Shown here piece by piece: positions 51,740-60,126 of a stretch of 60,126 nucleotides of DNA. The stretch is from Octopus sinensis (taxonomy: Eukaryota), in assembly GCF_006345805.1 (NCBI RefSeq), contig NW_021832573.1:1-60126 (forward strand), read 5' to 3'. Within the stretch, counting starts at the first letter, position 1. Each line of letters opens with the position of its first letter. The position numbers were made by a program, and so were the translations under genes. The notes under the pieces were generated by a model. That model was given only the letters and a program-made list of their open reading frames with translations, made no database searches and had not been told where the DNA came from.

Positions 51740-52620
51740 TAACGAGGTTTCTTCAATAAGTATACGGATTGTTGCAATAGTAACGAAGCTAAAGCGCAAA
51801 GAATAAATCCACTTGCCACAGATTGACCTTGAACTCTACTGCATATGTGCACTACGTTTTAACGTTCTAACTAAATGTTCGCTGTTTGCAGCAGTGCTTG
51901 GAAGGAAGGTGTGTTGCGTGTGATCGCCGCATTCACCATTACAAAGTTACCATGGCGATACCTTCTCAAAGGCCTACGAAAAGTTGCAGAAAGTGTACGG
52001 AAAGGAGTGTATGAGCTGCACACAAGTGTACGAGAGCTTCAGCCGTTTCCAAGATGGCCGAAAAAATGTCGACATTAACGAATGTTCTGGGAGACCCGTA
52101 GCCAGCAGAACTGAGAAAATTATTGCTGATATGCGTGCATCTGTGAGGGTAAATCGTCGAATCACCATCCGTGAGTTATCAGAGGATGTGCAGATTTGTT
52201 ACGGTTTCAGTTCAGTCCATTATCAATGAAGATTTGAGTATGAGACGCGTCTCTCAAGCTTGTGCCAAAACTGCTTTCAGCTGACCAAAAAGACATTCGG
52301 GTTTCAGTTGCACAAGATCTCCCTGATTGTGTCAAGAACGATGAAAACTTTTTGAAAACTTTGCGTGGGCCTCTGAGCAGGTGTCACCAAATTTTGGCAA
52401 AATTTGATGCAGATACTCTGTTCAACTTTCTTTGCCATGCTCAATGCAACGTTCACACGCTACGCACCTTCCTTCCAAACACTGCTGTAAACGGCGGAAG
52501 TGAGCTAGAACGTTAAAACTTAATGTGTATGCACAACAGAGTTCAAGGCCAATTTTTACCCAGCGGCTTTACCCTGCATGTTTTAGCTTCGTTACTATGG
52601 CAACAGTCCGGATGCAGACC
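51740..52620 (+). mobile_element. Mariner foldback derivative: N-terminal transposase fragment between long inverted 5' ends
   Basis: LQKVYGKECMSCTQVYESFSRFQDGR...SGRP...NRRITIREL, VPKLL; right arm reverse complement reads MAKKVEQSICIKFCQ. Confidence 0.8.
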
Positions 52621-52959
52621 ACATATATGCATGTAACTATGCGCGCGCGCGCGCGTGTGTGCGTGTGTGTTTGGGTTTGTCCATACACTGCTTGACAACC
52701 TCTGTTATTTTTTCTTTTCGTTCTCGTGTCTCAGCGGTTCGTCAAATGAGATCATAGAATAAGTAGAATAAACACGTGACTTTAAAAGCAAACATAAGTG
52801 CCGAGGTTGATTTATTCCACCGAAGACTTCAATGCGGTATTCTAGCATGACCGCAGTCCAATGACAGAGACAAGTACAAGAATGCTTATGTATGTGTGTT
52901 TATATCTTAACGTTCGTTAAAATGTAATATTCCTTGATCCTTATTTACTGTTGAGTCAA

Positions 52960-53175
52960 GACAGCAAGCTTGCAGACATGTTAGCTATCCCGTCGGACAA
53001 AGTGCTTAGCTGCATTTCGTTTGTCTGTGTATTCTAATTTCAAATTCCGCTGAAGTCAACTTTCCTTTAGATACTTTCTAAGTCGATAAAATAAATACCA
53101 GTTATGCACTGGGGTCAAGGTATGCGATTGTCGCCTCCCTAAAATTTCAGGCCTTATGCCTAATATAGAAAGACT
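52960..53175 (+). mobile_element. Older SINE family A copy ((ATT)-type tail)
   Basis: gcaagcttgcagacatgttagc...ttcaaattccgc...gtcgataaaataaatacc...aaaatttcaggccttatgcctaatatagaaa. Confidence 0.7.
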
Positions 53176-53237
53176 TATTTACTGCTTAATTATCATTCAA
53201 TGTATCTTAAGTCTGTAATATCTCTAATCATCCCTGA

Positions 53238-53850
53238 AAGCGACAAGCTGGCAGAAACGTTAGCACGCCGGGCGAAATGCTTAGCGGTATTTCGTGCGTC
53301 TTTACGTTCTGAGTTCAAATTCCGCCTAGGTTGACTTTGCCTTTCATCGTTTCGGGGTCGATTAAATAAGTACCAGTTACGCACTGAGGTCGATATAATC
53401 GACTTAATCTGTTTGTCTGTTCTTGTTTGTCCTCTGTGTTTAGCCCCTTGTGGGTAGTAAAGAAATAGGTATTTCGTCTGCCGTTATGTTCTGATTTCAA
53501 ATTCCGCCGAGGTCGACTTTGCTTTTCATCGTTTCGGGGTCGATAAATTAAGTACCAGTTACGCACTGGGGTCGATCTAATCGACTTAATACCTGTACCT
53601 GTCCTTGTTTGTCCCCTCTGTGTGTAGCCCCCTGTGGGCAGTAAAGGAATAAGAAACGTCAGCACGCCGAGCAAACTGCTTGGCAGCATTTCGTCCGCCT
53701 TTACGTTTTGGGCTCAAATTCCGACACGGCCGACTTCACCTTTCATCCTTTTTAGGTCGATAAAATAAGTACCATTCGAGCACTGAGGTCGGTGTAATCG
53801 ACTTACGCCCTCCCCCAAAGTTGCAGGCCTTGTGCCAAAATTTGAATCCA
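53238..53850 (+). mobile_element. Trimeric/nested SINE family A (two Tx1-tailed units followed by an older unit)
   Basis: Units about 53238-53467, 53468-53651 and 53652-53850; the second and third start inside the tRNA-like head. Confidence 0.85.
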
Positions 53851-54400
53851 GTATCTTTACTCTTCCCTAAGTACTAACTCATACCACAAAGAAGTCTATA
53901 TGCATACATATTCATATATTCATACAATATCTTCCTATATAGCAACATAGACATTTTTTAACCAGTGTATTTTCGTTTCCGTATAAGGAACATCTTCACC
54001 TCAACGATTTCTTTTATAATAATTCATTTCTTTTACTTCTTTAATAATTGAATTAATTTGCAATTCTGTTTGTTATTAGCAATTCACTGTTTAACATTAT
54101 TATAAAAATATTTTTTATAATATTGCGTTAGAAACAAAAAAGCAATCACTAACGATTACGCTTATAACATTTTAACCTCTTTCTCGAAATTTCTCGCTAA
54201 TTTAACTCTTACAGAACCTCTGTTTCTATTTTTAATAATTACACTAACACGCACATATATAATGTAAAGGCACAATTGTGTGTACATTATACACACACAT
54301 GCAAGCATATATGTATACACATACATATTTGTGTATATGTATATACATATTTATATGTGTGTGCGTGGTATATTTACATACGTATATATAATATATATAT

Positions 54401-54438
<38 letters not shown>

Positions 54439-54460
54439 ATATATATATATTAATATATAT

Positions 54461-54692
54461 CTTTTACTCTTTTACTTGTTTAGTTATTTGACTGCGGCCA
54501 TGCTGGAGCACGTCCTTTAATCAGCCAAATCGACCCCAGGGCTTATGCTTTGTAAGCCTAGTACTTATTCTAATCGGCCTCTTTTGCAGAAAACGCTACG
54601 TTACAGAACGTAACACACCACATCGGTTGTAAAGAGATGTTGGGGGACAAATACAGAGACCCAAAACATATACACATCATACATATTATATA

Positions 54693-54737
<45 letters not shown>

Positions 54738-54773
54738 TATATATAATATATATATGTATATATGTAATATATA

Positions 54774-54816
<43 letters not shown>

Positions 54817-54983
54817 CATATATATATACATATATACGACGGGCTTCTTTCAGTTTCTGTCTACCAAATCCACTCCCCGAGGCTATGGTAGAGGACACTT
54901 GCCCAAGGTACCACGCAGTGGGACTGTACCCAGAACCATGTGGCTCGTTAGTAAACTACTTACCACACAGCCACTCCTACGCC
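54461..54983 (-). mobile_element. CORE-type SINE family B with expanded internal (TA)n
   Basis: Reverse complement of family B head and tail. Confidence 0.82.
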
Positions 54984-55652
54984 GATAAAATGTGTGACGC
55001 TTACAGCACCCAGGTTTCCCAATATGTGTATGTGTGTGTGTTTGTGTGTGTGTATGTGTCCTCTACCACCAGTTGACAAAAGATATTTGTTTATGTTGCC
55101 TTAATTCAGCAGTTTGGTAAAAGGGGAAGAGAATAACTACGAGACTTTAAAAAAACACACACATATAAGTACTGAGTACGATTTGTTCGCCAAAAACCCT
55201 ACAAGGCGGTGCTCCAGCAAGGTACCAACCCAATGGCTGAAACAACTAAAAGGAAAAAGGCTACTTTGGTCCATAAATTGTTTATACTCATTAACTAGTA
55301 AGACAGAGAATCACTAGTTTCCTCAGCTCAAGTTGTTTACTTCATATAAAAGTTAAAGTGAAATTCTGTGAGATTAGAGGATTAGAACCAAGGACGGAAA
55401 CGAGAGACAGAATACTGTGAGTTGTTTAGTTTTGCCTTCTACACTCGCCATTTTGCCTTCTACGCTCGCTCCTAAACGCGCCATTTTAATCAATAGTAGT
55501 AAAAATATTTTAATTCCTGACAGAAATTATATTTACGAAAACTTTAGTCTGAAAGTTAAATTGATATTGAGAGGTCCTGTACCGCAAGTATATATATACA
55601 TATATACATTATATATACATTTACACATATAGTATTATATATATATATAATA

Positions 55653-55695
<43 letters not shown>

Positions 55696-56508
55696 GTTAA
55701 TTATATATATATTACTATATATATATATATATTATATATATATATATTATATAATTAATATAGTGTATATATATATCGTATATACTATAATATATATATA
55801 TATATATAATATATATATATATCTTATATATTATATATATATATACATATATAATTATATATAATATATATATATATACATATATTTATATATATATACT
55901 TATATATGTGTAATACTATATATATATATTTATATTTCCGTGAGTTGAATTGAGCAAACACTATATGAGAAGGTGTTTTCTTTAAGTATTAGAAATAGTT
56001 TTAAAAAAAGTTTTTTTTAGCTGCTATTCTAATGAGTTCAGTATGCGGCAAGTATTTATTTTACTAAGCCCTTTCATATAATGTAATAATTTGAATTCGC
56101 CTTAATGGTCCCTTTGCATACTGAATACTTGGTGAAATTGATTAATTAATTAATTTTACCCTCAATTTTTGAAATTATATATATTTTATATATCTAGAAT
56201 TAATATGTGTATACACTGTATATATATATATTTTCATATATATCATATATATATAATAAAGATGTGTATACATATATATATGTATTTATATATGTATATA
56301 TAATTATATGTGTATATATATATATGTATATATATATATACACAAACACACAAACATATACTTGGATACTTGTGAATATATTTATATACATACCTACATA
56401 CATATGTGTGTGTGTATACACATACACAATACATACATATGTATATACGTATGTACGTATTACATGCATATATATATACACATGCGTGTGTGTGCGTGCG
56501 TGTGTGTG

Positions 56509-56545
<37 letters not shown>

Positions 56546-56996
56546 TGTGTAGGTGTGTGTATGTACGTCTGCATGTACATATGTATTAGTTAAAACTATT
56601 TTCATCTATTTTCCTATTTAACTGTCGAAAAAAATAACACGGGAATTTTTGACTAACAAACAACTAGTAAACAATTCATTAAAATTTTAAGCAACTGTCA
56701 TTTCATGAAACCTTGTAATTCCAAATATAAACATTATCATTTTTTTTTCTCTCTTTTAATCCACCAGGATTAATCAAAAATATATTTAAACATGTATTTG
56801 TTTATTTTCGTTTCAATAATCAGCATTTTTGCTGTGTTTTAAAGCAAATAGCATCGTATTATTCACAGCCTATCAATCAAGCCATTTTCGGAGAATTTTT
56901 CGTGGAGATATTAAAACGGGGCTTTTATAATTTGATATATTGTTTTTTTAATGGTGAGGCTTCTGTGTTCGCAGACGTCGTCGACGTCGGTGCTGT

Positions 56997-57048
56997 GTTT
57001 GTTGTTGTTGTTGTTGTTATGATGATGATGATGATGATGATGATGGTG

Positions 57049-57092
<44 letters not shown>

Positions 57093-57146
57093 GGTGTGGG
57101 TTGGTGGTGGTGGTGGTGGTGATGATGATGATGATGGTGATGATGG

Positions 57147-57184
<38 letters not shown>

Positions 57185-57910
57185 GTGATGATGGTGATGA
57201 TGATGGTGGTGGTGGTGATGGTGATGATGATGAAGATGATGATGATGGTGATGATGGTGATGTTGATGATGATAGTGATGATGGTGATGATGGTGGTGGT
57301 GGTGATGATGTGATGATGGTGTTGATGATGAAGGCGTTGGTGTTACAGTGGTGATGAACGCGGTTCGTGGTGTTCGTAGTCGTCGTCGTGGCATTGGTGG
57401 CGATGATGGTGGTGGTGGTTGTGGTGATGGAGGTGATGCTGGTGATGCTGGTGGTAGTGGTCGTCGTCGTCGTTGTGGTAGCAGTGGCGGGGGTAATGGC
57501 GGGGGTAGTGGTGGTGGTGTTTTTGGTGGCGGCTGGCATTGCTGATGGTGCTTACGGCGGCGGCGGCGCTGAAGGTGGTGGTGGTTGTGCTGGTGGCGGT
57601 GGTGGTGGTGGTGGTGGGGGTTTGGTGGTAATGATACTGGAACACTGCTTTGTATAAGTGACAGTGATGTTGTTGTTGTTGCTGTTGTTGTAGTTCTTGT
57701 TAACGATGGTGGCGGCGCTGAAGGCGTAGTCGCCGATGGTAGCGGTGACGATGTCGACATGGTCGTCGTGTAATTTGATGTTGTCGCATCACTGTTGTTG
57801 TTTGTTGTTGTTGTTGTTGTTTGTTTGTGGCGGTGTCGTTGTAATCGTTGCTGTTGAAATTGTAATTGGTAGGACTATTTTTAATTACCGCCCTTATTAT
57901 TGTTATTGTT

Positions 57911-57945
<35 letters not shown>

Positions 57946-57975
57946 TATCATCATCATCATCATCACCATCATCAC

Positions 57976-58011
<36 letters not shown>

Positions 58012-58400
58012 CATCATCATCATCGTCATCATCATCATCATTATCATCATCATCATCATCATCACCATCAACATTATCATCCTCATCATCATCATCGTCA
58101 TCATCATCATCATTATCATCATCATCATCATCATCACCATCAACATTATCATCATCATCATCACCATCATCATCACCATCATCATCATCATCGTCATCAC
58201 CATCGTCGTCATCATCATCATCATCATCATCATCACCATCAACATTATCATCATCATCATCATCATCATCGTCATCACCATCGTCATCATCATCATCATC
58301 ATCACCATCATCATCACCATCGTCATCATCATCATCATCATCACCATCGTCATCACCATCGTCATTGTCATCACCATACAGCATCATCGTCTTCATCATC

Positions 58401-58477
<77 letters not shown>

Positions 58478-58540
58478 TATTATTATTATTATTATTATCA
58501 TTATTATTATTACTGCTGTTGTTGTTGTTGTTGTTGTTAG
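56997..58540. repeat. Large compound trinucleotide region: (GTT)(GAT/GGT)n, degenerate GNN spacer, (CAT/CAC)n, (TAT)(GTT)n
   Basis: Direct reading. Confidence 0.95.
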
Positions 58541-58659
58541 CGTTGAAGGATTTATTGTTGTTGTCTGTCCACAGAAATAATTTCAGAGTCATATTTGATA
58601 TTTGTTTTATTTTTTATTTCTTGTTTACTTTTATTTTTATTACCAACGGATTTCAACAT

Positions 58660-58694
<35 letters not shown>

Positions 58695-59059
58695 TTCCTC
58701 TAAATAAATGATAACTAATAAATAAACAAACAAACAAACAAAAAAATCTTATAAATGGATGACTAATCAATGATGACCAATAAATGTACGCCTTACTTTC
58801 TAATACAAGTCAACACTTCCGTACAAAATTGATGATTGTCTTCAAATCCAATGCAATATTTAATTATCAACTAATATTTAATTTTGCAGACAACTGGAGA
58901 CAATATTCTGCGAATGGTTTTGCACTCTGTTGATGGGAATTTCTGCTGATTCTCTTCGATGTTTATCTTCTTCCCTCTTTCACATAATTCAAAACACAAT
59001 TTGTGGAATGAGAGCAAGAAAAATTCTCAAACGCTGTGTTTATTGAACGTTGTGGTTAT

Positions 59060-59510
59060 TGATGTTGCTAAGGCCCAGGTCAAGTGTCCTGATAAAACAG
59101 ACCTGCAGTCAAAGTTATAAGGTTATTCCATTCGTGGACATCCCATCTTTAGCAGAACATGTAAGACTACGTTGTCTAATCTATCCTTCTTTATGCCTTT
59201 AAAATGGTAAATTTCATTCGAAACGGTTGAGTTGACTAAAATTTCTAATAGATCCAGCGGCGGCCAAGTTGAGGCTCCCATATTGGTTCATAGTTGCTCT
59301 ATTGCAGTTTTTTTTTTCTTTTAACCCTACATGAACCCTATTCAAGTTGAATCGTGATCAAATGTATTCCAGTGGTGACCATACCACCTTTTAAGCAGCA
59401 TGTAAGACTGCATTATTAATCTGACTTTCTTTGCTTTAAAGGTGTTAATTAATGAGATTTCGCCGCTAGTTCCAGCACATCAAACGATTATGTAGAAGCT
59501 CCCACATTGA
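59060..59510 (-). mobile_element. Two decayed copies of an old interspersed repeat also at about 17860-18015, 19360-19850 and 21930-22190
   Basis: Recurring gctagaaatagc...aaat.tc...cttaaa...ggataatg...gatggtca.g.ctggaat...gacct.gg.ct pattern. Confidence 0.45.
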
Positions 59511-59614
59511 CAAGTTTTAAATGAGTTATAAAAGAAGAAGCCATGTTTTACTATTGTTCACCGCTGTTAGTGTTTTATTAGGCTTCTTCCGTATGTGTGG
59601 ACAATCACGTGCTT

Positions 59615-59671
<57 letters not shown>

Positions 59672-60126
59672 TTCCATGCGTTGGCAATAGTACTCAATGC
59701 TAAAGTCTAAAGATTCCTGATCTTGGGAAAGAGACAGCAACGGTTACCTGTTGCCTTCTACTGGTTTAGTAATTGTTTACTTTAACAGTCTTCTCCTTTC
59801 CCAAGGAGGCTTAATATTTAGTCATTGGGACTGGTTCACGTAATACCAGGACATGCCGTGGGTCTGTCTAGAAGCCATCCCTCTCCCAAGATCTTGTATT
59901 CCTTACCGACAGGAGTATTCTCTACTAGCTGACCCACAAATGGTCTGGTCTTTCTTCCAACGTCCTGTATGTACTAGCCGCAATCTCATCAACTATTTGA
60001 CTCATAACTGGAACCCTTGACATATGGGAGTAGCAGTAACTAAACTGTAACTGCATACTCCCTCCGCCAAAAACAAAGTCCCTGGAACCCCAAACTAGAG
60101 CCTAATCACTGGATGTATAGTTCGAC

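Noticed and set aside
56020-56160. HHR-like ctaatgag with ttcagtatgc/gcatactgaa stem
   Set aside because: GAAA not adjacent to the stem and core mutated; cannot build a hammerhead.
56902-58707. Long His-, Asp-, Ser- and Met-rich ORFs
   Set aside because: Translations of trinucleotide microsatellites that are open in most frames; no coding signal.

Overview
AT-rich eukaryotic, almost entirely non-genic window (intron or intergenic). The SINE families and microsatellite load suggest a coleoid cephalopod, most likely Octopus (inference). No host protein-coding gene could be supported; most ORFs in the track are translated microsatellites. Contents: three Tx1/L1-type LINE copies, one near full length with a gag-like ORF1 and a frameshifted APE-RT ORF2; CR1, RTE and R4/Dong-like LINE fragments; mariner and DD37D (maT) relics; a Helentron-like tandem array; at least four tRNA-derived SINE families; and several Penelope-type minimal hammerhead ribozyme (HHR) motifs. 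Most notable: (1) all three Tx1 copies sit inside (GATA)n arrays in the same orientation with no poly(A) tail; (2) a tRNA-SINE carries the same 3' end as this Tx1 and repeatedly sits in SINE or tRNA-like heads; (3) a ~250-nt HHR-containing element occurs three times with divergent sequence but covarying hairpins; (4) a ~505-bp near-perfect inverted repeat carries an HHR in each arm. Coordinates were read by eye and may be off by a few bases.
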